This document shows, in pieces, positions 47,194-56,321 of a DNA stretch of 64,000 nucleotides; the first letter of the stretch is position 1; the number at the start of each line of letters is the position of its first letter. Source of the stretch: Parcubacteria group bacterium Gr01-1014_38 (GTDB lineage: Bacteria; Patescibacteriota; Andersenbacteria; UBA10190; CAIZMI01); contig VMFP01000001.1 in assembly GCA_007376145.1 (NCBI GenBank), positions 14,639-78,638 of the forward strand. Direction: 5' to 3'. A model generated the notes under the pieces. It worked only from the letters and a program-made list of their open reading frames with translations. It was not told where the DNA came from and made no database searches. Both the position numbers and the translations under genes were made by a program.

Positions 47194-47797
47194 GCAGGGA
47201 TGAGCGGGCGATCGCGCCCCGCAGTCTGCGGGGTGAGGAACGTCCGGGCAGCATTCCGGAGGCCTGACGCGAGAAAGTCCGTCTAGCGACCAGTTCTTTC
47301 TTCACGAGAAAAGCGTCAGTCTGATGCGTCCATCAGACAGCACGCCCCGGAATACGGGTGGCAGGTAACGCCTGCCCGTCGCAAGACGCGGGAGCGGAGT
47401 GACGCTCTGCGAGAGAACAGACGACACGTGGAGTCTGTTCACCAGAGCTTTCGCCGCCGAAGAGTGCAACAGAAATGACACCGCCGACCCGCCAACAGCT
47501 ACGCAGTTGCTGGCGGGGGCAAGGGTGAAATCGTGCGGTAAGAGCGCACGCGGTACCGCAGCAATGCGGGGCCGAGGCAAACCCCACCCGCTGCAATCCC
47601 AAGTATTGGTAGGGAGCACGAGACGTGTGGTGACACACGTCCCAGAGAGATGATCGCTACCCCGCACCTCTTTGGACCTCAGAATTGCGGTTGCCAAGCA
47701 CACCGGACCCCTTTGGTGGGGCCCGACAGTGCGAGGAGCCCTGAGGAACAAAGAGGTGCGGGGAACAGAACCCGGCGTACAGCTCATCCCTGCAACA
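47194..47797 (+). ncRNA. rnpB: RNase P RNA (bacterial type A-like) with a ~100-nt insertion after the P4 5' strand
   Basis: P1 is formed by gcagggatgagc (47194-47205) pairing with gctcatccctgc (47782-47793). Conserved blocks seen: GAGGAAcGUCCGGGC, GGUGGCAGGUAACGCCUGCCC, AGUGCAACAGAAAUGACACCGCCGA, AAGGGUGAAAuCGUGCGGUAAGAGCGCAC, GGCAAACCCCACCCGCUGCAAUCCCAAGUAUUGGUAGGG and ACAGAACCCGGCgUAC. Confidence 0.8.
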
Positions 47798-47801
47798 CAA
47801 C

Positions 47802-47829
47802 CCCCACACGAACGCGTGCGGGGTTTGTG
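47802..47829 (+). terminator. hairpin plus a U-rich tail immediately after the rnpB P1 3' strand
   Basis: ccccacacg...cgtgcgggg followed by tttgtg. Confidence 0.5.
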
Positions 47830-47946
47830 CTCATAGTGGTTGTCAATCGGGCCTGACGGAGGTATAGTGTCTCCCGCGCATGAACCGACCGTTCCAGCGA
47901 AAGGGACGGGGGGATCCGGGGCCGTTCTCCGCTGCGCTGATCCGGT

Positions 47947-49332
47947 ATGAAGCGGTCCGAGCTTTTCTTTGACGCGGTCCGTCTCCCGGTCGATTTCCTC
48001 GCCTGCTTCACGGCGGGGTTTCTCGCATACTGGGTCCGGGTGAGCCCACTGGTTCGCCAGGTTCGGCCCGTGCTCTTCGAGGTTGACCTTCCGCTCCGAG
48101 AGTACTTGAGTCTCGTGGTCGCGGTCTCCCTGTTTACGTTGGTCGTGTTTGCCACATTAGGGCTCTACACGATGAAGGCGACGCTCCGCACGGTGGAAGA
48201 ACTCAGTAGGATCGTCGCGGGTATTTCGCTCGCACTCTTCGGGGTGATCTTCTGGATGTTCATCCGCGCCGAGCTCTTCAACTCACGGTTCATCCTTGTC
48301 GCGGCGTGGATCTTGGCGATTCTCCTCGTCACGGGCGGACGCATCGTCATCCGCCGTCTCCAGTTGCAGCTGCTCCGGCGCGGACGGGGCGTTCACCGGG
48401 TCATCCTCGTGGGTCAAGCGCCCGTCGCCGCAGGACTCCACTCGCTTTTTGGAAAGCGCCCCGATCTCGGGTACCGCGTGGTCGCGCAGTTGGACCACGT
48501 GCAGCGCGACGCACTCGAACGCCTGGAGAAGGAGTACGGACTCGACGGCGTCATCCGCTGCGTGTCTGACCTCACCCCGGAAGAAAACCGGGTGCTTCTG
48601 GATTTCTGCGAGGACCACAAGTTCGATTTTCTTTACATCCCCGACGTGTACGAGGCGCGAATCAGCAACGTCGTGATCCGGACGCTCGGTGGGTATCCCC
48701 TCGTCGAGCTCCGGCGGACGCCGCTGGAAGGATGGGGAAGAATCTGGAAGCGGCTGCTCGACATCGCCGGAGCTGTCGTCGGCCTGATCATTCTCTCGCC
48801 GCTGTTCCTTGTCGTGGCCATTGCGATCACGGCCGATTCCGCTGGCCCGCTGTTCTTTCGGCAAACGCGCATCGGGCGGAATCGAACATCATTCCAGATC
48901 GTCAAGTTCCGCACCATGGTGCGGAATGCCGAACAGCTCAAACCGCGACTCCTTCCTTTCAACGAGCGTTCAGGACCGCTGTTCAAGATGCGGAATGATC
49001 CGCGGATTACGCGGGTTGGTCGCGTGTTGCGCGTGATGCGCATTGACGAGCTGCCGCAGCTCTTCAACGTGCTCATGGGTCAGATGAGCCTCATCGGACC
49101 TCGTCCGCACTTGCCGGAGGAGATTGAGCGATACGACCGGCGTCAACAAAAACTCTTCGCGATTAAGCCGGGGATGAGCGGGCTTGCCCAAGTGTCTGGC
49201 AGTTCCTCTCTCCCGTTCGAGAAAGAAGCAGCGCTCGATGTTCACTACATCGAGAACTGGTCGCCGAAACTCGATTTCCTCATCCTCGTGAAAACCCTCC
49301 GCCGGCTGTTTGGGGATCGGAGTGCGGTATAG
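47947..49332 (+). CDS. undecaprenyl-phosphate sugar phosphotransferase (bacterial sugar transferase, WbaP/CpsE-like)
   Basis: Five N-terminal TM helices, then a C-terminal domain with PLFFRQTRIGRNRTSFQIVKFRTM, DELPQL and GPRP motifs; 461 aa. Confidence 0.85.
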   Translation: MKRSELFFDAVRLPVDFLACFTAGFLAYWVRVSPLVRQVRPVLFEVDLPLREYLSLVVAVSLFTLVVFATLGLYTMKATLRTVEELSRIVAGISLALFGVIFWMFIRAELFNSRFILVAAWILAILLVTGGRIVIRRLQLQLLRRGRGVHRVILVGQAPVAAGLHSLFGKRPDLGYRVVAQLDHVQRDALERLEKEYGLDGVIRCVSDLTPEENRVLLDFCEDHKFDFLYIPDVYEARISNVVIRTLGGYPLVELRRTPLEGWGRIWKRLLDIAGAVVGLIILSPLFLVVAIAITADSAGPLFFRQTRIGRNRTSFQIVKFRTMVRNAEQLKPRLLPFNERSGPLFKMRNDPRITRVGRVLRVMRIDELPQLFNVLMGQMSLIGPRPHLPEEIERYDRRQQKLFAIKPGMSGLAQVSGSSSLPFEKEAALDVHYIENWSPKLDFLILVKTLRRLFGDRSAV

Positions 49333-49389
49333 GTCTGGAAGAGAGAACCTACGGTTCCCTCTTCCATGCATCTCCCTCCCTTCAGCGGT

Positions 49390-49429
49390 GTCGCTCGCTG
49401 AGGGAAGCCTATAACCCTCAGCGAGCGAC
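49390..49429. repeat. perfect 15-bp-stem hairpin gtcgctcgctgaggg-N10-ccctcagcgagcgac
   Basis: The two arms are exact reverse complements of each other. It lies in the intergenic region between the sugar transferase and the GT4 gene, just after a smaller hairpin ggaagag...ctcttcc. Confidence 0.6.
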
Positions 49430-49470
49430 CGAATGACCTCCACTTGCTGCTCGCTGCTACACTGGGATGT

Positions 49471-50781
49471 ATGCGGGTGGCGATTATCCACGACTACCTC
49501 ACGCAGTTCGGTGGCGCGGAGCGGGTTTTGAAAATTCTCATGGAGCTCTTTCCAAGCGCACCGGTCTATACGCTCGTCCACGATCCCAAGGTGACCGCCG
49601 GCCTTCTTGACGCCCGTCGGATTCGCACGTCCTTCTTGCAGAAGGTTCCTCTCGCGCGCTCCCGACACCGACTCTTCCCGCTGTTCATGCCTCTCGCGGT
49701 CGAGCAGTTTGATCTCTCGGCGTACGATCTCGTCATTTCCGCCTCGCACTCCTTCGGGAAAGGGGTGATCACGCGGCCGGACACCCTCCACGTGAGCTAC
49801 TGCTTCACGCCGCTCCGGTACGCGTGGGATGATTCGCACCGCTACGTCCGAGAGTTTGGCGTCCCGGCTCTCCTGCGGGCGCTCGTGCCCGTGGCACTCA
49901 CGTACGTGCGGGTCTGGGATACCCACGCCGCGGACCGCGTGGATCACTTCCTTGCAATTTCACGCTTTGTGGCCGAGCGCATTGCGAAGTACTACGGGCG
50001 GGCTAGCACCGTCATCCACCCGCCAGTAGACACCGAGCAGTTTCGTCCGGGGTCCGCACCGGGTGACCGTTTTCTCGTCGTGAGTCGGCTGCTTCCCTAC
50101 AAACGTATTGATCTTGCCATCGAGGCCTGTAATCACTTGCGGGTTTCACTCGATATCGTGGGGACTGGTCCGGAAGAGGAGCGGCTCCGGGAGCTTTCGG
50201 GGCCCACGGTCCGTTTCCACGGCTTTCTGCCGGATGCCGCGGTCGCCCGTCTGTATGCCGCGTGCCGTGCCTTTCTCTTCCCACAGGAGGAAGACTTTGG
50301 GATTACCGTGCTGGAGGCGGCCGCCGCGGGACGTCCGGTGGTCGCGTTCCGCGGCGGCGGAGCGTTGGAGACGGTCGTCGAAGGAGAAACGGGGACCTTT
50401 TTCGAGCACCAGACCGTGGACAGTTTGGCGTCTGGCATGGAGGCAGTCATGCGGCAGTCGTGGGATACGGCGCACATCCGCAGCCACGCACTCCGCTTTG
50501 AGGTGTCGGAATTCCGCCGTCAGTTCCTCGGGACGGTGCGCGCACTCTGGCGTGCATTTCCGAGGAAGCGTGCCGGTGTTGTGGATCACCTTCACTGGCT
50601 CGCCGAAACTCCGGAAGCGGCTGTTCACCGTCTCGCAGCGCAGGTGCCCCTTGCCGACGCTGGTTCATCGGGGCAGAGTAGCGTGATGCCTTCTCCCGGC
50701 TCCAGCACAAGCATGGTCTGGCGCCAGCCTGACGCCCAGCCGGCGCCGACGTCTCCGACGCGACGGCCCACCGTGTCATGA
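49471..50781 (+). CDS. GT4 (group 1) glycosyltransferase
   Basis: MRVAIIHDYL... with N- and C-terminal GT-B domains and an E..A.G.PV motif (VLEAAAAGRPVV). Confidence 0.78.
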   Translation: MRVAIIHDYLTQFGGAERVLKILMELFPSAPVYTLVHDPKVTAGLLDARRIRTSFLQKVPLARSRHRLFPLFMPLAVEQFDLSAYDLVISASHSFGKGVITRPDTLHVSYCFTPLRYAWDDSHRYVREFGVPALLRALVPVALTYVRVWDTHAADRVDHFLAISRFVAERIAKYYGRASTVIHPPVDTEQFRPGSAPGDRFLVVSRLLPYKRIDLAIEACNHLRVSLDIVGTGPEEERLRELSGPTVRFHGFLPDAAVARLYAACRAFLFPQEEDFGITVLEAAAAGRPVVAFRGGGALETVVEGETGTFFEHQTVDSLASGMEAVMRQSWDTAHIRSHALRFEVSEFRRQFLGTVRALWRAFPRKRAGVVDHLHWLAETPEAAVHRLAAQVPLADAGSSGQSSVMPSPGSSTSMVWRQPDAQPAPTSPTRRPTVS

Positions 50782-51431
50782 CCCCTGCGGTTCTCCTCCT
50801 GCGACGCACCTTCGGAACGCTCGTTCTCCTCTCGGTCGCTGCGGGCGTGACGACGGGATTTGTCTCGGCGCGGAAGAATCCGGGCGTGGATGTCGCACTC
50901 ACGCTCACCGTTCCGTTGCCGACGCGGCAGGCTCCCCAGAGAGATCGCTCTGGCGGGAACGTCGGGGAGACGACGTTTGAGGCGCTTCAGTCTGCCGAAC
51001 TCTTCGCGGAAACACTGTCCGGGTGGCTGTCGAGTCCGGATTTCGTCGCGGCGGTGTACCAGCGGGCCGGCCTTAAGTTCCCTCGCGCCACGGTGCGTCG
51101 CTTGAGTCGTGCGTTTACGGCCGTCAAGCGCGGCGGCCCCGTGGCCGACGTTCACTTTCATGCACCATCGGCTGCGGACGGTCAGGCGCTGGCCCGCGCC
51201 GTCATCACGGAAATTCAGGAGCGCACGACCGCATTCAATGCCGCCGCAGAAGACCTGACGTTTCGCGTGACGGCGAGTGACCCGCTGGTCGCTCCCGTCC
51301 TCGTATCGCCACTCCTCCGCGGGGTCGTCGCGGGGATCGTTGCCTTGGTCATCGGAATCAATCTCGTTCTCCTGAACGATTTTCTCCGCTCACCCCCGGA
51401 CGCTTCTGCGGGAGGAACCACCGCGTCCTAA
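50778..51431 (+). CDS. hypothetical bitopic membrane protein (N- and C-terminal TM; possible short chain-length-determinant-like protein)
   Basis: The GTG start overlaps the GT4 stop; 217 aa. The functional suggestion rests on topology and position only, with no conserved motif. Confidence 0.35.
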   Translation: MTPAVLLLRRTFGTLVLLSVAAGVTTGFVSARKNPGVDVALTLTVPLPTRQAPQRDRSGGNVGETTFEALQSAELFAETLSGWLSSPDFVAAVYQRAGLKFPRATVRRLSRAFTAVKRGGPVADVHFHAPSAADGQALARAVITEIQERTTAFNAAAEDLTFRVTASDPLVAPVLVSPLLRGVVAGIVALVIGINLVLLNDFLRSPPDASAGGTTAS

Positions 51432-51495
51432 AAGAACCGTGGTCATTCTCGAGTCTTGTCAAAATCCTGACGCTGTGGCAGGGTAGGAGTGCCTT

Positions 51496-52359
51496 ATGGG
51501 CTTGGATCGTGAACTCACCGATCTAGGTTTGTCCTCAAAAGAGGCCAAGGTCTACGTTGCCTTGCTCGAGTTGGGGACAGCCTCGGCACAAGCCATTGCC
51601 CGCCGGGCTGGCATTGTGCGTCCGACGACCTACGTGATTCTCGAGACCCTTGCCCGGAAAGGGTTAGCCTCGAAGGCGACTGGGCCAGACGCGAAGAAGA
51701 CGCTCTTCGTGGCCGAGGCGCCGGAGCGCCTGGAAATCTACATTCAGCAGCAGCAACAGCAGCTTGAACTTCGTCGGCAGGAATTTTCGCGGCTTCTCCC
51801 CAACCTTCGTTCCCTCCACTTGCGCGGTGAGGAGCGGCCGCGTGTGCGGCTCTTCGAGGGGAAAGAAGGGCTCCAAACTCTCCAGCGCGAGTTTATCGGG
51901 ACGAATGCTGAGGAGGTTGTGGGGATGAGTTCCGATGATGTCATGGAAGAGCTCTTCCCGTTTCGGTCCGAGGAGTTTGACCGAGAAATTCGGAGCGTCC
52001 GCGTCCAGGCCGAAGTGCGCTCGCGTCATATCTACACGTCGTCTCGGGGTCCTGTCCATACGAGGGAGGATGATGCGCGGGCGCTCCGGGAGAGTCGGTA
52101 CCTCCCGCCCGAGAAATTCCCCATCAAGTCCTCGTTTGCTGTGCACGGCTCGTTCCTCTCCGTCGTCTCATTTCGTCTAAAAATCATCGGGGTCCTTATC
52201 GAACACCCGGACATCGCCGACTCCTTCCGAGCGATCTTCGAATCGCTCTGGGAACTCGCAGGGCAGTATCAGCACACGGCCATTCCGCAGTCCCAACATG
52301 GGGTGACCCCAGTTCCCCCCCCCTTGACAAGGCGTGAAGGCGGGGTATGCTCAGAGTAG
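51496..52359 (+). CDS. TrmB-family transcriptional regulator
   Basis: N-terminal wHTH LGLSSKEAKVYVALLELGTASAQAIARRAGIVRPTTYVILETLARKGL; 287 aa. Confidence 0.6.
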   Translation: MGLDRELTDLGLSSKEAKVYVALLELGTASAQAIARRAGIVRPTTYVILETLARKGLASKATGPDAKKTLFVAEAPERLEIYIQQQQQQLELRRQEFSRLLPNLRSLHLRGEERPRVRLFEGKEGLQTLQREFIGTNAEEVVGMSSDDVMEELFPFRSEEFDREIRSVRVQAEVRSRHIYTSSRGPVHTREDDARALRESRYLPPEKFPIKSSFAVHGSFLSVVSFRLKIIGVLIEHPDIADSFRAIFESLWELAGQYQHTAIPQSQHGVTPVPPPLTRREGGVCSE

Positions 52360-52686
52360 GATCGTTCTTTGAATCTCTTCGAGACAGGCTTGCAGGACCA
52401 GCGGTTGGTCTAGCCTCGTTTTCTCCTCTTCACCGCTGAAAGGAGCGACTCGCATGGATGGCGAAGTAGTCCACGATGCGGCTTCGCTCGAGAGAAGTTG
52501 TGGCCAGCGACTGCACTGTTGTTTCCTTCCTCCTCTCGTCACGTCTTGTAGAAAGGAGAGTGCACAATGGCAGGTGACCCACTCGCCTCGTCGTAATCTT
52601 GCCATCAGCAATGGAGCAGAGATGGCGCGGTCTTCGGTGGAGACCGCACGAGGATTGACGAGGCAAGGAGCAGAAGAGAGGCCAGG

Positions 52687-52764
52687 CCACCTGAGTACGG
52701 ATGTGGTTGTTCCCACCTTCGGGTGAGAACAAATCTACCGCCAACTCAGGTGGCTCTTTTCTTT
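52687..52764 (+). other. structured element: long-range stem ccacctgagt/actcaggtgg enclosing a UUCG-loop hairpin (caccttcgggtg), followed by CTCTTTTCTTT
   Basis: It sits in a 450-bp gene-free gap upstream of xseA and looks like the 3' end or terminator of an unannotated RNA, or a complex terminator. Confidence 0.35.
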
Positions 52765-52811
52765 ACGCTCGGCTTTTCGCGGCGGTGTGGTAGGGTAGAG
52801 CCGACGCTGCA

Positions 52812-54071
52812 ATGCTGAAGCCGGCTCCGCTCTCTGTCTCCGCGTTCCTCGCGCGGGTCAACGAACTCTTGGAGACGCAGGTGGCGTGGGTGGAGGGCGA
52901 GGTGGCAAACCTTCGGATCTCGAGCGACCGGTGGCTCCACTTCGATCTCAAAGACGCCACCGCGCTCGTCCACTGCTTCGGGCTCGCCTTCCGCCTCCGC
53001 ACGCCGCTGGAAGACGGGATGAAGGTGCGCATCTGGGGGGTGCCTCGGATCTATCCCCGGTACGGAAAATTCAGTCTCGTCGTCGAGCGGCTGGAACCCG
53101 CGGGGGAAGGTGCGCTCCGGCGCGCGTTCGAGCTCTTGCGACAGAAACTGGAGCGGGAAGGTCTCTTTGATGCCGCACGCAGGCGGCCGCTCCCCAAGGT
53201 TCCGGAGCGTCTCGTGCTCCTGACCTCTCCAGACGCGGCAGCGTATGCCGACTTCCTGAAAGTGCTCGCGGCCCGTCGCGGTGGCTTAAATATTCTGTTC
53301 GTTCCGGTTCCGGTGCAGGGTGCCGGTGCCGCCGACATCATCGCCGCAGCACTGGACTGGGTGAATGAGGGTGAGCCTGACCGCGACGCCTTGGTCCTCA
53401 TTCGCGGTGGAGGGAGCCTGGAGGAACTCCACGCGTTCAACGACGAACGGGTAGTGCGCGCGCTCGCGCGGTCACGAATTCCCACGGTGGTCGGGGTGGG
53501 TCATGAACGGGACGTCACGCTGGCCGATCTCGTTGCCGATGTCCGCGCGAGCACGCCGTCGAACGCGGCGGAGCTCGTGACCCCGACGCGAGCGGAACTT
53601 GACGACGCGTGTCGGGAACTCGCGGCCCGCCTCGTCCGTGCGGTGCACGCGCAGCTCGCTGTACGGGAACGGTTCGTGTTCCGGTGCGTCGCGGATCTCC
53701 GCGATACCGTTCAGAAGGGTATGGAAGGGATCGATTTCCTCGTGCGCCGGGTAGAGGGAATTGGTTCCCTCTTGCACGCACGCGTGCGCACTGCCTCTGC
53801 GGATCTCCAGCACGTGATCCATCTGCTTCCGCTCCGCCTGCGGGAGCGCGTCCAAGGCCACGGGGAACGTCTCGCGGCCCTCGAGCGGCTGCTCGCCGGA
53901 CTCGACCCACGGAAGATTCTGGCGCGCGGATACTCGATGACGTACGGGCCGACCGGTTCGGTGGTACGTGACGCCCGCGTCCTCCGGACGGGTGATGCGC
54001 TGAAGACGCGGCTCCAGCGTGGTACACTCACGTCCGTCACGACGTCCATCCATGGCGAAGGAGACGAGTAA
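52812..54071 (+). CDS. xseA: exodeoxyribonuclease VII large subunit
   Basis: An N-terminal OB fold (VAWVEGEVANLRIS), then the catalytic region LIRGGGSLEEL and a C-terminal coiled-coil; 419 aa. Confidence 0.85.
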   Translation: MLKPAPLSVSAFLARVNELLETQVAWVEGEVANLRISSDRWLHFDLKDATALVHCFGLAFRLRTPLEDGMKVRIWGVPRIYPRYGKFSLVVERLEPAGEGALRRAFELLRQKLEREGLFDAARRRPLPKVPERLVLLTSPDAAAYADFLKVLAARRGGLNILFVPVPVQGAGAADIIAAALDWVNEGEPDRDALVLIRGGGSLEELHAFNDERVVRALARSRIPTVVGVGHERDVTLADLVADVRASTPSNAAELVTPTRAELDDACRELAARLVRAVHAQLAVRERFVFRCVADLRDTVQKGMEGIDFLVRRVEGIGSLLHARVRTASADLQHVIHLLPLRLRERVQGHGERLAALERLLAGLDPRKILARGYSMTYGPTGSVVRDARVLRTGDALKTRLQRGTLTSVTTSIHGEGDE

Positions 54072-54309
54072 TTTCACCCGCGCGTACGAGGAGCTCGAGA
54101 AGATTGTCGCCTCGTTTGAGGCGGGAGACATTGATCTGGAGCGTGATCTCCCGAAGTTCGAGCGCGGGATGAAGCTGGCGAGCCAGTGCCGCGAACGCCT
54201 GAAAGCGATTGAGAACCACATCCAGAGAATTGAGAAAACCTTCCACGTCGAGAGCGCCAGCGAACGCAGTCATTCTCGGACGTCTCTCGAAGAACCTCCC
54301 GCAGCATGA
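54052..54309 (+). CDS. xseB: exodeoxyribonuclease VII small subunit
   Basis: FEEALEELEKIV-like N-terminus (FTRAYEELEKIVASFEAGDIDLE); 85 aa; it overlaps the xseA 3' end. Confidence 0.78.
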   Translation: MAKETSNFTRAYEELEKIVASFEAGDIDLERDLPKFERGMKLASQCRERLKAIENHIQRIEKTFHVESASERSHSRTSLEEPPAA

Positions 54310-54998
54310 GGAAGCGCGTTGCCCAGAATCTTCTTGCGACGCTTCTCGGAGCGCTCGTGGGGGGTGTCGTGGTCTTCTGGGCGCTCGCGCGGATCGGCGG
54401 CGGCCCTCCTGCGTCGCCCACGCCGACGCGCAGCGTGCTCCTTGAAGAACGTCCTACTGCGTCGCCAGCGGCTCCGGTAACCGCGTCCTCTCCGTCTCCC
54501 GCGGCGACCTCCGGCCGCGTGACCGTAGACGCGATCGGAGTTGCCTTCACCCTGCCGGAAGGGTACCGGATCGCCGTCATCCTGAATGCGTACGACGCCG
54601 CGCGGTCGTCCGGATCTCCGCGGTTCACGATGACGAAAGCTACCCCCGCGCAAGAAGAGGAGTACGTGACCCTCATTCGCAACCTTCAGCAGCAGCAAGT
54701 GGCGACCGAGGCTCCCGAGTTTTCTCCGGGCAAAACGATCACGCTCGCCCGTTCCACTCCCTCAGAGCAGACGTTTTCCCAAAAGCTGGCAAAGCAGAAG
54801 ACGACGCTTACCACAGAGAGAGGGCTTTCGGTGACGCGGTACCAGCGAGTGGAGGGTTTATTTTCCTACGACGTCGCGTTCCTCACCCTCCGCGGCGGCG
54901 CGCTCGCGGCTGTCTCGATGTCATACGCGTCCGGTGGCGAGAAGCCATTTGACGAAGAGGCCTACCAGTCGGTCCTCCGCACGCTCGAGGAACTCTAA
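54306..54998 (+). CDS. hypothetical membrane-anchored protein
   Basis: The ATG overlaps the xseB stop; an N-terminal TM, an Ala/Pro/Ser-rich linker and a C-terminal globular part; 230 aa. Confidence 0.45.
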   Translation: MRKRVAQNLLATLLGALVGGVVVFWALARIGGGPPASPTPTRSVLLEERPTASPAAPVTASSPSPAATSGRVTVDAIGVAFTLPEGYRIAVILNAYDAARSSGSPRFTMTKATPAQEEEYVTLIRNLQQQQVATEAPEFSPGKTITLARSTPSEQTFSQKLAKQKTTLTTERGLSVTRYQRVEGLFSYDVAFLTLRGGALAAVSMSYASGGEKPFDEEAYQSVLRTLEEL

Positions 54999-55010
54999 GG
55001 ACGGCTCTCC

Positions 55011-55355
55011 GTGCCTGGCGTCAGTACCACCGCGCTTCTCCAGAAGCGCTGCGTTCCGTGTGAAGGCGGCGTCCCTCCTCTCACCGCAGAGCAGGCGAGC
55101 CAGTATCTCCGCGACGTCCCAGGGTGGGCACTCTCCGCCGATCACCGGACGATTGATCGAGCATGGACCTTCCGGGATTTTCGCGAGGCACTACGGTTTG
55201 TGAATGCGGTGGCGGAGCTTGCGGAAGCGGAGAATCACCATCCCGACATCCGTCTCTTCTCCTACCGACGGGTGCACGTGGAGCTCACGACACACGCCAT
55301 CAGGGGGCTGTCGGACAATGACTTCATTCTCGCCGCGAAGATCAATGTCCTTTAA
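55011..55355 (+). CDS. pterin-4-alpha-carbinolamine dehydratase (PCD/DCoH)
   Basis: CVPCEGG...PGWAL...FRDFREALRFVNAVAELAEAENHHPD...TH motif set; 114 aa, GTG start. Confidence 0.78.
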   Translation: MPGVSTTALLQKRCVPCEGGVPPLTAEQASQYLRDVPGWALSADHRTIDRAWTFRDFREALRFVNAVAELAEAENHHPDIRLFSYRRVHVELTTHAIRGLSDNDFILAAKINVL

Positions 55356-55416
55356 AAGCGCAACGACGACCTGATCCTCTCATCTGGTGTATGCTTGCTG
55401 GTAATCCCATTGCGCC

Positions 55417-55755
55417 ATGAAGCGGAGAAGCGGCATGTGGATACTTGCCCTCATCGTGCTGCTCCTTCTCGTGGGGTTCGTTCTCGTGCGGCGAAGGTCG
55501 GTTCCGAGCGAGACCCGCTTTGACCCGAAGGCTGCGGCGCTGGCGCGCTTCGAGGAGGTGCAGGGTGAAGGGAGGAATCTCTCCTTGGGCCCGTGTCTCG
55601 GCATCATTGGTCCGGATTGGGTGGCCGATGTCGCGCATGATCCTCGGCAGTCCGTGGACGACGACCCGGCGAATCAGTATGCGGAATACCGCAAGGGGAA
55701 AGCAACGCATTTCGTGGAGGTGACACCAGACGGACGCGTCATCCGCGTGCAGTGA
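55417..55755 (+). CDS. hypothetical secreted/membrane-anchored small protein
   Basis: An N-terminal TM (MWILALIVLLLLVGFVLV); 112 aa. Confidence 0.4.
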   Translation: MKRRSGMWILALIVLLLLVGFVLVRRRSVPSETRFDPKAAALARFEEVQGEGRNLSLGPCLGIIGPDWVADVAHDPRQSVDDDPANQYAEYRKGKATHFVEVTPDGRVIRVQ

Positions 55756-56321
55756 TGCAAGACGGTATCCCGTCGGTCCCGGAGGCCCGCGCGATCCTCG
55801 AGGAGTTCACGGCGTCCCCGAACCTTCGGAAGCACGCGCAGGCCGTGGCCGCGGCCATGCGGGCGTATGCGGACAGCTTCGGAGAGCCTCCAGCGCGGTG
55901 GGAGGTCGTTGGACTCCTCCACGATTTCGATTACGAGAAGTTCCCGACACTGTCCGAGCACCCCTTTCGCGGAGCCGAGATCCTTCGCTCTTGCGGGGCG
56001 AGTGATGAACTGATCAAGGACATTTTCGCGCACGCACCGCACACCAAGCAACCGCGGGATACGCTCCTTCGGAAGGCGATTTTCGCCTGTGACGAACTCG
56101 CCGGATTCATCGTCGCGGTTGCTCTCGTGCAGCCGCACAAGAAGCTGTCAGAGGTGACGGTGGGGCGCGTCTTGAAGAAGCTCCGCCAGACGAGATTCGC
56201 AGCCGGGGTATCACGGGAAGATATCGAGCGCGGAGCCATCGAGCTCGGCGCCAGTCTGCCGGAGCATGTTGGCACGGTACTCGCTGCCCTTCAAGGGACG
56301 GCAGCGGAACTCGGGCTGTGA
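55752..56321 (+). CDS. HD-domain phosphohydrolase
   Basis: H...HD motif (LLHDFDYEKF) and a D near the C-terminus (IFACDELAG); 189 aa. Confidence 0.6.
   Translation: MMQDGIPSVPEARAILEEFTASPNLRKHAQAVAAAMRAYADSFGEPPARWEVVGLLHDFDYEKFPTLSEHPFRGAEILRSCGASDELIKDIFAHAPHTKQPRDTLLRKAIFACDELAGFIVAVALVQPHKKLSEVTVGRVLKKLRQTRFAAGVSREDIERGAIELGASLPEHVGTVLAALQGTAAELGL

Noticed and set aside
52454-52726. 90-aa ORF with a GAAAGGAG SD in the xseA upstream gap
   Set aside because: The translation is Cys/Pro/Arg-rich and unlike a natural protein. The region is better explained as structured RNA or a leader and is reported as a finding instead.
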